Shown here piece after piece: positions 23,664 to 33,649 of a DNA stretch of 39,797 nucleotides. This stretch comes from Flavobacteriales bacterium (GTDB taxonomy: Bacteria > Bacteroidota > Bacteroidia > Flavobacteriales_D > Crocinitomicaceae): positions 1-39,797 of the forward strand of contig CANHBA010000001.1 in the NCBI GenBank assembly GCA_947458985.1. The letters are read 5' to 3'. Below the pieces are notes generated by a model. It saw nothing but the letters and a program-made list of their open reading frames with translations, was not told the origin of the DNA and did not search any database. A program made the translations under genes and the position numbers. How positions within the stretch are numbered: position 1 is the first letter of the stretch; every line of letters starts with the position of its first letter.

Positions 23664-25814
23664 ATGAATATAGGAACAAGAAAGTCAATGATGACCGGCG
23701 GCAAGGAAATCCTTGTAGAGACCGGGAAGTTGGCAAAACAGGCAGATGGTTCTGTTGTGGTGCGCATGGGCGACACCATGTTGCTCGCTACTGTAGTGGC
23801 AGCACAAGACGCAAAGGAAGGCGTCGATTTTCTTCCACTTACGGTAGATTACCGTGAGAAATACGCGGCTGCAGGTCGTTTCCCAGGCGGGTTCTTCCGT
23901 CGCGAGGCGCGCCCTTCAGAAACCGAAATTTTAGTCATGCGTTTGGTAGACCGCGCTTTGCGTCCACTCTTCCCAGACGATTACCATGCTGAAGTTCAGG
24001 TCATGATCCAACTCATGTCTTACGACGGCGTACACAACCCAGACGCATTGTGCGGTTTGGCAGCTTCAGCAGCTATTGCGGTTTCTAACATCCCGTTCAA
24101 TGGTCCAATGTCTGAAGTACGCGTAGGTCGTATCAATGGTGAGTACATCCTCAACCCAACAATGGCTGAAATCGCACTTTCAGACATCGATGTGATGGTT
24201 GCAGGTACAGCTAAAGATGTCAACATGGTTGAAGGCGAAATGCAAGAAATCTCTGAAGCCGAATTGGTAGAAGTGATCAAACTTGCACACGCTGCAATTA
24301 TTGAACAATGTAATTTCCAATTGGAGCTTGCTGCAGAAATCCCAACTGCCAATCCAAAACGCGAATACTCCCACGAGTCTCACGACGCAGACGTTCGTGC
24401 CAAAGTATTCGAACTTGCAATGGAAAAATGTAAAGACGTCGCACGTCAAGGTTTGGCTAACAAAGCAAAACGCACCGAACTTTTCGATGCCATTAAAGCT
24501 GAAGTTAAAGCTGGTTTTTCTGAAGAAGAACTCGAGCATGCAGCCAAATTCATTTCAACTTACTTCTCAGAAGTGAAGAAAAAAGCAGTTCGTTGGGTCA
24601 TGCTCAATGAGCGCAAGCGCTTAGACGGTCGTCAGTTTGACGAAATTCGTCCGATTTGGGCCGAGGTAGATTACCTTCCAATGGTACACGGTTCTGCAGT
24701 GTTCACCCGCGGTGAAACTCAATCGCTTACTACCCTTACTTTAGGTGGTAAAATGGACGAGCAAATGATCGACGGTGCTACTTTCCAAGGAACTGAAAAA
24801 TTCTTATTGCACTATAACTTCCCGCCGTTCTCAACAGGTGAAGCCAAACCACTTCGTGGAACTTCACGTCGCGAAATCGGTCATGGTAACTTGGCGCTTC
24901 GTGCCCTCAAGCCTGTCATGCCAGACGACTACCCGTACGCGGTTCGTATCGTTTCTGACATTTTAGAATCAAACGGTTCGTCTTCAATGGCAACAGTTTG
25001 TGCAGGTACCCTTGCCCTTATGGACGGTGGTGTGCCTATCAAATCTCCAGTTTCTGGTATCGCAATGGGCTTGGTTGCCGACGAAGGTAAATTTGCTGTC
25101 TTGTCTGATATCCTCGGAGATGAAGATCACCTCGGCGACATGGACTTCAAAGTAACGGGTACTGCCAACGGCATCACCGCTTGCCAAATGGACATCAAAG
25201 TCGATGGTTTGCCATACGAAGTATTGACACAAGCACTAGAGCAATCACGCGCAGGTCGTTTGCACATCCTCGGTAAAATCACCGAAACCATGCCAGCACC
25301 ACGCCCTGAGCTCAAGCCACAAACACCACGCCTAGAAGCATTGACCGTTCCAAACGAAATGATCGGCGCCATCATCGGGCCTGGAGGAAAAATCATCCAA
25401 GGTTTACAGAAAGAAACCAAAACTACCATCACCATTGAAGAATTACCAAATGGCGAAGGTCGTGTACAAGTACTTTCTAACAACGGAAACGACATGGCTG
25501 AAGCAATCCGCCTGATCCGTCAAATTGCATTTCCACCACAAGTAGACGAAGGTGCTACTTATGAAGGTAAAGTAAAATCTGTCAAAGAATTCGGTTGCTT
25601 CGTAGAAATCGTACCAGGAACAGATGGCCTTATCCATATCTCTGAATTTGCTTGGGAAAAAACAGCAAAAATGGAAGACGTCGTGAAAGAAGGCGAAATG
25701 CTTACTTTCAAAGTGATTGGCAAAGATCCAAAAACTAAAAAATGGAAATTATCTCGCAAAGTTTTGTTGCCGCGCCCTGAGCGCCCAGCAACAGAGCAAG
25801 CTTCTGCAGAATAA
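23664..25814 (+). CDS. pnp: polyribonucleotide nucleotidyltransferase (PNPase)
   Basis: Two RNase PH domains ([25 protein letters not shown]), a KH domain ([10 protein letters not shown]) and an S1 domain ([10 protein letters not shown]). 716 aa. Confidence 0.95.
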   Translation: MNIGTRKSMMTGGKEILVETGKLAKQADGSVVVRMGDTMLLATVVAAQDAKEGVDFLPLTVDYREKYAAAGRFPGGFFRREARPSETEILVMRLVDRALRPLFPDDYHAEVQVMIQLMSYDGVHNPDALCGLAASAAIAVSNIPFNGPMSEVRVGRINGEYILNPTMAEIALSDIDVMVAGTAKDVNMVEGEMQEISEAELVEVIKLAHAAIIEQCNFQLELAAEIPTANPKREYSHESHDADVRAKVFELAMEKCKDVARQGLANKAKRTELFDAIKAEVKAGFSEEELEHAAKFISTYFSEVKKKAVRWVMLNERKRLDGRQFDEIRPIWAEVDYLPMVHGSAVFTRGETQSLTTLTLGGKMDEQMIDGATFQGTEKFLLHYNFPPFSTGEAKPLRGTSRREIGHGNLALRALKPVMPDDYPYAVRIVSDILESNGSSSMATVCAGTLALMDGGVPIKSPVSGIAMGLVADEGKFAVLSDILGDEDHLGDMDFKVTGTANGITACQMDIKVDGLPYEVLTQALEQSRAGRLHILGKITETMPAPRPELKPQTPRLEALTVPNEMIGAIIGPGGKIIQGLQKETKTTITIEELPNGEGRVQVLSNNGNDMAEAIRLIRQIAFPPQVDEGATYEGKVKSVKEFGCFVEIVPGTDGLIHISEFAWEKTAKMEDVVKEGEMLTFKVIGKDPKTKKWKLSRKVLLPRPERPATEQASAE

Positions 25815-25839
25815 GATCCAAAGGATAATAATAGCAAAA

Positions 25840-25865
25840 GGGCGGAGGTAACTCCGCCCTTTTTT
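25840..25865 (+). terminator. rho-independent terminator after pnp
   Basis: GGGCGGAG-GTAA-CTCCGCCC followed by TTTTTT. Confidence 0.85.
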
Positions 25866-25938
25866 AATGTACTATTCATCCTAACGTACAGTATATTAAC
25901 CTACAAAGTTGTAACTTTACCCAATCAAAAATATTTTT

Positions 25939-28617
25939 ATGAAAAAAGGTTTACTTTTTATACTTACCATCTTGAGCCTCAATGCCTTTGCGCAGGCTTT
26001 TGAATCATTCAACTTTACGGGTTCGGCCAATGCAAACGGCTGGGCAACGCACAGTGGTACAGCAGCTCAGGTTGTTGCCATTACAACGCCATCAGGAAGC
26101 GGGAATAGCCTTACCTATTCGGGTCTTCAAGCTTCAGTAGGTAACCGCATTGAACTGAATTCAGCTTGGTCAGAAGACATCAACAAACCAGTTGTCATTC
26201 CAGGTACAACTGGGTATTTTTCATTCTTGATGAACGTGCTCAACACGACAGGATTAACAGCAGCAGGTAATTATTTCATTGGTTTTGCTGCTTCTGCAGG
26301 TACAACCAACGTAACCATTTTCTTTCCGCGTTTATACATCAAGTTAGGCACTACCCCAAATACCTTTCAGCTAGGTATCTTAAATACTTCAGGTGGAACT
26401 GTGTCAATTTCATACGCACCTACAGAGTATGCACTAAACACAACTTTATTTGTAGTTGCCAAAGCAACATCCACGGCCGTGGGTTCTCCTATTACCGCAT
26501 CCCTTTGGGTCAATCCAATTCCAGGTGCAGCTGAGCCAGCTGCTGTTGTGACCAACTCTTCGGGTACCAGCAACTGGGCGGCAACCGGTATTCAATCTAT
26601 ATATCTCCGTCAAGCAGCAGGTACGGGCAATTACGAAATCGACGAAATTCGCGCAGGTGAAACCTGGGCTTCAGTAACGCCAGGGTCTGCAGCATCTTGT
26701 GTCACTTACAACACCATTACTGCAACGGCTTGTAATACTTATGCTTTGAACAATCAAACGTATACCACTTCAGGTACGTATGTGCAAACGCTCGCGAATG
26801 CAAACGCTGCGGGTTGCGACTCTATCATCAACTTGAATTTGACCATCAACAATGCCAATAGTTCAACCTTGAACATTACCAACTGTGGTCCTTACACTTT
26901 AAACAACCAAACCTATAGCGCTTCTGGAGCCTACACCCAACTTACTCAAAACGTTGCTGGTTGCGACAGCACCATTAACCTCAATTTAACCATTGTTGGT
27001 TCCCTAACTTACTATCAAGATTTAGACAACGACGGCTACGGAAATGCAGCGGTTTCTCAAACGGGTTGTGCAGCCATTACGGGTTATGTAACAAATAGCA
27101 CTGACTGTAATGACAACAACAACGCTATTTATCCTGGTGCAGTGGATATCGCTGGAAATGGCATTGACGAAGACTGCAATGGTTTTGATGCACCTTTGCA
27201 ATTGGGTATTTATCAGTTTGCGGCAACAGTTGATTGCGCTACTCAAGACGTAGCTGCCACAAATACAAGTACCAGCTGGACTTTCTCAGATTTCACTGCG
27301 CAAGGCAATAGCTGTGCAGCAGGCGGTGGTGTTTTTAACCGCAGCGGATGGAATCAAACTGCTATTTTAGACTTGAATCAATACAATGAATTTACAGTGA
27401 GTGGTGCCAATTGTTCGAACCTCAATTTGTCTAAATTGGCCTTGAACCACCGCACCAGTACAACAGGTGGAACACCAACCATTTTTGTGCGTTCAAGCTT
27501 GGATAATTTTGCTACTGACATCGATACAATTGCTTCCTCTTGGAATGGCAATGTAGCTTTAGCTGACACCGTACTTTTACCAGCAACATTTGCTAATGTG
27601 AGTTCAGTAACTTTCCGTTTCTATGTCATTAACCAAGCAACAGCTACTTCTACCTTGCGCATGGACAATGTTTCTGTATGGGGAAATACAATTACCATTA
27701 CACCTTCATTGTTCTATGCCGATACCGACAACGACGGTTTTGGAGATGCCGCCAATGACTCACTTTCTTGTTCTGCTCCTGTAGGTTATGTAGCGAATAG
27801 CACCGATTGCAATGACAACGATGCCTTGGTGAACCCAACTACCATTTGGTACCAAGATCTAGACAACGACCAAGTAGGTAATGCTGCTGTTAGTCAAGTT
27901 GCTTGCTTGCAACCTGCAGGTTATGTATTGGCCAACGGCGACTGCGACGACAACAACGCAGCTGTTGTAGCACCAGTTATTTATTACACCGATGCCGACA
28001 ACGATGGTTTTGGCGACGACGCTACGGCAACTCCTTTCTGTCAAGCACCAGTCAACATGATCGCTATCGGTGGCGACTGCAACGATTCCAACAACGCTAT
28101 TTATCCAGGCGCACCTGAAATTTGCGATGGTTTTGATAACAATTGTAACGGTACCAATGACGAAGGTCTTACTTTCTTGAATTACTATTTCGATGGAGAT
28201 GACGACGGTTATGGTATTGGCAACCCTACAGTTTCTTGTACGCCTTTAACAGGTTACGCCACCCTCACCGGCGACTGCGATGACAGCAATGATACAGTTT
28301 ATCCTGGTGCTACTGATACCGAAGGCAACAACGTAGATGAAAACTGTGACGGTGTAGACGGCGTGCTTGGTTTGAACACAATTGAACTCAGTGCTCAAAT
28401 TGCACCAAATCCGACCAACGGAAGTATTCAAATCACTTTGAATCAAGTTGGCAGCGGTCAAATTCAGATATTGGATTTGAATGGTAAGGTTTTAATCAAC
28501 AAACAATTGAACGGAGCTACCGCGCAGATCGATTTGGGTTCTTTACAACAAGGTACTTATTTAGTAAGTATATTAACAACCCAAAAACCTATCGTTCAAC
28601 GCATCAACAAAATGTAA
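25939..28617 (+). CDS. large T9SS-secreted surface protein with five MopE-like Cys-rich DxDxDG repeats
   Basis: Signal peptide MKKGLLFILTILSLNAFAQ. Five units fit the pattern Y-x-D-x-D-N-D-G-(F/Y)-G...C...GYV...DC(N/D)D.N...PGA. There are two copies of a C..Y.LNNQTY..SG.Y.Q......GCDS.INLNLTI module. The CTD reads IAPNPTNGSIQITL...GTYLVSI. Confidence 0.75.
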   Translation: MKKGLLFILTILSLNAFAQAFESFNFTGSANANGWATHSGTAAQVVAITTPSGSGNSLTYSGLQASVGNRIELNSAWSEDINKPVVIPGTTGYFSFLMNVLNTTGLTAAGNYFIGFAASAGTTNVTIFFPRLYIKLGTTPNTFQLGILNTSGGTVSISYAPTEYALNTTLFVVAKATSTAVGSPITASLWVNPIPGAAEPAAVVTNSSGTSNWAATGIQSIYLRQAAGTGNYEIDEIRAGETWASVTPGSAASCVTYNTITATACNTYALNNQTYTTSGTYVQTLANANAAGCDSIINLNLTINNANSSTLNITNCGPYTLNNQTYSASGAYTQLTQNVAGCDSTINLNLTIVGSLTYYQDLDNDGYGNAAVSQTGCAAITGYVTNSTDCNDNNNAIYPGAVDIAGNGIDEDCNGFDAPLQLGIYQFAATVDCATQDVAATNTSTSWTFSDFTAQGNSCAAGGGVFNRSGWNQTAILDLNQYNEFTVSGANCSNLNLSKLALNHRTSTTGGTPTIFVRSSLDNFATDIDTIASSWNGNVALADTVLLPATFANVSSVTFRFYVINQATATSTLRMDNVSVWGNTITITPSLFYADTDNDGFGDAANDSLSCSAPVGYVANSTDCNDNDALVNPTTIWYQDLDNDQVGNAAVSQVACLQPAGYVLANGDCDDNNAAVVAPVIYYTDADNDGFGDDATATPFCQAPVNMIAIGGDCNDSNNAIYPGAPEICDGFDNNCNGTNDEGLTFLNYYFDGDDDGYGIGNPTVSCTPLTGYATLTGDCDDSNDTVYPGATDTEGNNVDENCDGVDGVLGLNTIELSAQIAPNPTNGSIQITLNQVGSGQIQILDLNGKVLINKQLNGATAQIDLGSLQQGTYLVSILTTQKPIVQRINKM

Positions 28618-28656
28618 GTTTGTAACATTTGACGATGTTTAACGTCAACTCTTTGA

Positions 28657-28681
28657 AAGCCACCTTCGGGTGGCTTTTTTG
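28657..28681 (+). terminator. rho-independent terminator
   Basis: AAGCCACC-TTCG-GGTGGCTT followed by TTTT. Confidence 0.8.
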
Positions 28682-28719
28682 TGCGCAAAACTTTGTACTT
28701 TTATTTCAAATATTTCTAC

Positions 28720-31686
28720 ATGAAAAAATTACTTTTTTTACTTCTACCTTTCGGCGCTTTTAGCCAGTATTTTCAGCAAGATGTCAGCTATCAAATTGAG
28801 GTCAAACTAGATGACAAGAATCATACATTAAGTGGTTTTGAATCTTTCTCCTACAAGAATAATTCTCCCCAAACACTAGACGTCATCTACATGCACGTTT
28901 GGCCCAATGCCTACAAAAATAAAGAGACGGCACTCGCCCAGCAGCTCAAACGCAACGACGGCGACAAAATTGCCAAAGCAGAAGCTAAAGACCTCGGTTT
29001 CATCGATTCTCTAGATTTCAAAGTCAATGGCAATAAAGTAAGCTGGGAATACGATCCTGCGCATATCGATATTGTTGTATTGCATTTGGCAAACCCTTTA
29101 GCACCCGGGCAACAAATTCAGATTTCTACGCCTTTCAAAGTCAAGATTCCATCGGGGAGCCTTTCTCGCTTGGGCCATATCGGTCAGTCTTATCAAATTA
29201 CGCAGTGGTATCCTAAACCTGCGGTCTATGACCAAAACGGCTGGAATGCCATGCCTTACTTGAATCAAGGTGAATTCTATTCGGAATTTGGCAATTTTGA
29301 TGTCAAGATTACCGTGCCTGCTAACTATGTAGTTGGTGCAACTGGTGAGCTGCAAACGGCAAGTGAAATTGCCTTCTTGAACGATAAAGTCAACGAAAGC
29401 AAGAAAAAATTAGAAAAGCTCCTCAATCAAGAAACTGACCGCTCCAAGAACTTTCCGGAATCAGCTACAGAATGGAAAACCATTCAATACAAACAAGACC
29501 GCGTCCACGACTTCGCTTGGTTTGCCGATAAACGCTTTTTGGTCTTGAAGGGCGAAGTTGTATTGCCACATTCCAAAGAAACCGTCACTACTTGGGCTAT
29601 GTTCACGCCCCAAAATGCCAAACTATGGTCCAACGCCTTGGAATACCTGCACGACGGAACTTATTACTATTCGTTGTGGAACGGCGATTACCCTTACAAG
29701 CACGTTACCGCAATTGACGGTACCATTAGTGCGGGTGGAGGCATGGAATACCCCATGATCACCGTCATTGGTAATTCAAGTTCGAAGGAAGAATTAGAAG
29801 TAGTCATTGTGCACGAAGTAGGGCACAACTGGTTTTACGGTATTTTAGGTTCTAACGAGCGCGTTCATGGCTGGATGGACGAAGGACTCAACACACTCAA
29901 TGAAATGCGTTACGTCCAAACCAAATACCCTGACAACACCCGCTTTTCTGATATGGTTGCCGGTGGCCGCTTTCACCTCGGAGACCTCGATCACCACGAC
30001 TCCGGCGACATCATGTACCGTTCTTTAGCTAGTTTTGGCCTAGACCAACCGCTCGAAACCCATTCTGATGATTTCTCTAGTTTCAACTATGGCGCCATTA
30101 TGTACCAAAAAACAGGGGTCATTTTCTTTTACCTCATGGATTACCTCGGTGCCGAAAAATTCGATGCAGCGATGTCTGCCTACTACCAACAATGGAAATT
30201 CAAGCATCCACAACCTGCCGATTTGCGCAAAGTATTGGAAACCGAAACGGGTAAAGATTTGAGCTGGTTATTTGAAGACCTCATTCAAACCACCAAACAC
30301 ATCGACTATAAAGTGAAGGCGGTCCAAATCTCCAAAACAGGATCAGTTGTGAAGTTGGCTAATAAAGGACAGGTTGACGGTCCAATAGAAGTGAATATCT
30401 ACGGCCAAGACAAACAAGTTGAAACCGTTTGGGCTGAACCAGGTCAAAAATCGGTGTTGGTTCAAACGCCATTTGCTGCCATTTCAAAAGTTGAAATAGA
30501 CCGCTACAACGATATCCCTGAACTCAATCGCCAAAACAACCTTTGGGTGAAAGATCAAGCATTTCACAAGTTAGAGCCCATCAAATTTGAGTTTTTATTT
30601 GGCGATCACCAAAAAGACCAAACCGCTATTTTCTGGACGCCTATGCTTGGCGGCAATGCCTACGATGGCCTCATGGCTGGCGTTACTTTGCACAACATCG
30701 GTTTGGCACCAAAGAAATTCACTTATTTAGTAAGCCCAATGTTCAGCACTGCGCGCTTGCGCCCTGCGGGTATCGCTGAGTTTTCTTATCAGATCTTGCC
30801 AACAAAAGCAATGGAACTCATGCGCTTGGGCTTATCCGTCAAATCTTTCGGAACGCAACGCGACGCTGACAACAACTATTTTGTTGCTTTCTCTCCTTAC
30901 GTCTCGATCAATTTTGGCGACCGCAAAGCACGCCATGCTTTTCACCATGATTTACTCATCCAAGGGATTTATAAAAGAAATGTCCTAGGAGGCGCTATTT
31001 CATATAACGATCAAGGGGCGTTTGTTCAATTTACTACGAATTACCGCAAGCCAGCTTATCAAGCCCAGTGGGTCAATCGTTATGAGTACTTTAAAACAGG
31101 CGAAGAATTCATCTCAAGAATCTGGACCAACCTCAATCAGAACTTCTCTTACCGAATAGGTAAACTAGACCGCGATGTTACCTTAAATCTATTTGGTGGC
31201 TATACACTCAATCATCAATACTCAAACCTAAGTGGCGACCGCTTTTTTTGGTCCATGAACGGTTTGCAAGGTCCGCAAGATTTATTCTTAGAAGATTACA
31301 ACTTTGGCCGTTCTGACGTCAGTGGTTTGTGGTCACAGCAGCGCATGGAGCGCCATGGTCAATTCCATACTGGTAACTCTGCGGGTAGCAACATCAACTG
31401 GCTCACCAGCGCGACTGTATATGCGCAACTTCCCATTAAGCCCAACTTCTTTGGTGTTTTTGCCGATTTTGGTGCGGGGCGCGGTACGTTTCAAACAGTT
31501 GATCTATATTACAACGCCGGTGTAGCACTCCGCCTCGGCAAAGTATTTGGCGTCTATTTTCCTTTAGTTTATGGCAATAATACCTTCTCTGGTGACCTCT
31601 TCACAAACTATGCGCAAAATATCCGCTTCAGTTTGCGCATCAATCCAGTCAACCGCTTGGGCCTACACGCGCTTTTAAATTCTTAA
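28720..31686 (+). CDS. M1-family (gluzincin) metallopeptidase with a ~370-aa C-terminal beta-barrel-like (Omp85-like) extension
   Basis: HEVGH-x18-E, seen as VIVHEVGHNWFYG...WMDEGLNT. Signal peptide MKKLLFLLLPFGAFSQ from ATG 28720. The C-terminal third has alternating beta-strand patterns and ends in FADFGAG...AGVALRLG...YFPLVYG...IRFSLRI. Confidence 0.75.
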   Translation: MKKLLFLLLPFGAFSQYFQQDVSYQIEVKLDDKNHTLSGFESFSYKNNSPQTLDVIYMHVWPNAYKNKETALAQQLKRNDGDKIAKAEAKDLGFIDSLDFKVNGNKVSWEYDPAHIDIVVLHLANPLAPGQQIQISTPFKVKIPSGSLSRLGHIGQSYQITQWYPKPAVYDQNGWNAMPYLNQGEFYSEFGNFDVKITVPANYVVGATGELQTASEIAFLNDKVNESKKKLEKLLNQETDRSKNFPESATEWKTIQYKQDRVHDFAWFADKRFLVLKGEVVLPHSKETVTTWAMFTPQNAKLWSNALEYLHDGTYYYSLWNGDYPYKHVTAIDGTISAGGGMEYPMITVIGNSSSKEELEVVIVHEVGHNWFYGILGSNERVHGWMDEGLNTLNEMRYVQTKYPDNTRFSDMVAGGRFHLGDLDHHDSGDIMYRSLASFGLDQPLETHSDDFSSFNYGAIMYQKTGVIFFYLMDYLGAEKFDAAMSAYYQQWKFKHPQPADLRKVLETETGKDLSWLFEDLIQTTKHIDYKVKAVQISKTGSVVKLANKGQVDGPIEVNIYGQDKQVETVWAEPGQKSVLVQTPFAAISKVEIDRYNDIPELNRQNNLWVKDQAFHKLEPIKFEFLFGDHQKDQTAIFWTPMLGGNAYDGLMAGVTLHNIGLAPKKFTYLVSPMFSTARLRPAGIAEFSYQILPTKAMELMRLGLSVKSFGTQRDADNNYFVAFSPYVSINFGDRKARHAFHHDLLIQGIYKRNVLGGAISYNDQGAFVQFTTNYRKPAYQAQWVNRYEYFKTGEEFISRIWTNLNQNFSYRIGKLDRDVTLNLFGGYTLNHQYSNLSGDRFFWSMNGLQGPQDLFLEDYNFGRSDVSGLWSQQRMERHGQFHTGNSAGSNINWLTSATVYAQLPIKPNFFGVFADFGAGRGTFQTVDLYYNAGVALRLGKVFGVYFPLVYGNNTFSGDLFTNYAQNIRFSLRINPVNRLGLHALLNS

Positions 31687-31687
31687 T

Positions 31688-33478
31688 ATGTCAGAAAATC
31701 GCCTTTCATTCGGTAAACTCTTTTGGCCAAGTTTCCTTGCTGTCTTTGTTGCAGGCTTGGTGGGCATGGTCTTTTTCTTTCTTGTTTTGGGCGGCATCAT
31801 CGGCTCCTTCGGCGATTTCGGGCCAGAGCCTCTTGCTTTGCAAAATAAAACAGTTTTGCACCTTAGGCTTTCAGGTACCGTTCAGGATATCTCCGAACAG
31901 TCCTTTGACCCTACATCCTTGCGCCTCGACCACACGATGGGTTTGCCAGAAATTCTCGTAGGGCTTCAGGAGGCTGCGCAAGATTCCAAAATCAAAGGTA
32001 TTTTCTTGGAAATGAAAAGCCCAACTATAGGCATGGCTACAGCCGAAGAGCTCAGAACCGCTTTAATTGATTTTCAAAAATCAGGAAAATTTGTAGTGGC
32101 CTACCTTACAGGTGAGCAGGTAAGTCAATTAGACTACTACGTGAGCAGTGCGTGTAAAGAAGTCTATGGCATGCACGGCGCTACATTTCTCTGGAGCGGA
32201 CTTCATGCCGAGAGCTATTTTTTTAAAAACCTCCTAGACGAGCTGCAAATTGGAGTAATGGTAGTAAGAGGCAAAGAAAATGACTTTAAAAGTGCTGTAG
32301 AACCATTCTTTCGCAGCGAAATGTCCGACTCTAGTCGCGTGCAAATGCAAGTACTTATGCAAGGTCTTTGGGGGCAAATACGCAACGACATCTCTAGCTC
32401 CAGAAAAGTCGACACCGCTGTCTTAGATTCGCTTGCCAATGCCTTAGCTGTGCGCAATTTAGATCAAGCAGCAAGTAATCGTTTACTACAAAAAACCATG
32501 TATAGAGGTGAGGTGCTTGCCATGCTCAAGAAAAAAGTAGGTATTGACGAAAACACACCATTGCGCTTACAAGCATTTGGGAAATATGCCCGCGACACCT
32601 TCCATGACAACCAACTTTTAGCCCGTCAGGAGCGCCATGTCGCTGTCATCCTCGCTGAAGGCGATGTCGAAACAGAAGGCGCGCAAATTAGCACCTCACG
32701 CATGACCAAAATGCTGCGTCAAGTACGCGACAACGACGAAGTCAAAGCTGTTATTTTGCGCATCAATAGCCCAGGCGGATCAGCCTTAGCCAGCGAAGAA
32801 ATCTGGAAAGAGGTAGCGCTTACCGCTGCTAAAAAAACTTTGTATGTCTCCATGGGCGACTACGCAGCCTCGGGTGGTTACTACATTGCCATGCCAGCGC
32901 TTAAGATTTTTGCCAGCCCCATGAGCATCACCGGTTCAATTGGTGTTTTTGGTGTCGTGCCGTACGCTGGTGATTTCTTCGAGAATAAATTAGGTGTCAC
33001 TACCGATGAAGTTCGTACGCACCGCTATGGCAATTTATCCTTGACCCACCAACTGAGCGCCGAAGAATTGAACATGATGCAATTAGAAGTAGATGCCATT
33101 TACAATCAGTTTCTCAAACGGGTAAGTGAAGGTCGAAAACTTTCAAAAAAGGCAGTCCAACGCGTTTCACGAGGCAGAATATGGACTGGTATTGACGCAA
33201 AACAAAATGGCTTGGTCGATGAATTGGGGGGCTTAAATGCAACCATTCGGGCGCTGCAAAAACAAGTAGGCGTCAAAGAAGTTGTCTATTATCCACAACA
33301 AGAAGACGATGCTTTTAGCAACATTTTAGCGCTCTTAGACGAAGAACTGGAGGGTGAAAAGAGTCAGTCAAAAGTTCAGATTCCCAGTGAGTTATTGCTC
33401 TATTATCAAAAATATGCGCAAATTAAAAAAATGAAAGGCCTTCAAATGCGCTTGCCTTTTTCCTTCTGCATCTATTGA
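31688..33478 (+). CDS. sppA: signal peptide peptidase SppA, 67K type (S49)
   Basis: N-terminal TM helix and duplicated S49 domains, with SPGGSALASEEI and GDYAASGGYYIA. The ATG lies 1 nt after the upstream stop. Confidence 0.85.
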   Translation: MSENRLSFGKLFWPSFLAVFVAGLVGMVFFFLVLGGIIGSFGDFGPEPLALQNKTVLHLRLSGTVQDISEQSFDPTSLRLDHTMGLPEILVGLQEAAQDSKIKGIFLEMKSPTIGMATAEELRTALIDFQKSGKFVVAYLTGEQVSQLDYYVSSACKEVYGMHGATFLWSGLHAESYFFKNLLDELQIGVMVVRGKENDFKSAVEPFFRSEMSDSSRVQMQVLMQGLWGQIRNDISSSRKVDTAVLDSLANALAVRNLDQAASNRLLQKTMYRGEVLAMLKKKVGIDENTPLRLQAFGKYARDTFHDNQLLARQERHVAVILAEGDVETEGAQISTSRMTKMLRQVRDNDEVKAVILRINSPGGSALASEEIWKEVALTAAKKTLYVSMGDYAASGGYYIAMPALKIFASPMSITGSIGVFGVVPYAGDFFENKLGVTTDEVRTHRYGNLSLTHQLSAEELNMMQLEVDAIYNQFLKRVSEGRKLSKKAVQRVSRGRIWTGIDAKQNGLVDELGGLNATIRALQKQVGVKEVVYYPQQEDDAFSNILALLDEELEGEKSQSKVQIPSELLLYYQKYAQIKKMKGLQMRLPFSFCIY

Positions 33479-33550
33479 TTTCATTAGGTTTTTGTAAATT
33501 ATTGACAATAAAATAGTTAGGTTTTTTAGTTTTTGTTGAATAAATTTTAT

Positions 33551-33570
33551 CAATTATTAAACAATAATTG
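33551..33570. repeat. perfect inverted repeat CAATTATT-AAAC-AATAATTG in the proteorhodopsin upstream region
   Basis: Read directly from the sequence. It lies 80 nt upstream of ATG 33650 in a 171-nt AT-rich intergenic region. Function unknown; it could be an operator. Confidence 0.6.
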
Positions 33571-33649
33571 TATATCATTGTTATTCAGTTTATTATTGGC
33601 GGTATCCGAAAAGCCACAAAAGAGTAGGAAAAACTAAACCTATCTATTT

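Noticed and set aside
13243-28681. Three hairpins sharing a GCCAC core (13254..13271, 21619..21638, 28657..28676) as a possible dispersed repeat or REP-like family
   Set aside because: Each sits at a gene end and is followed by a T-run. The loops and flanks differ. They are adequately explained as ordinary intrinsic terminators.
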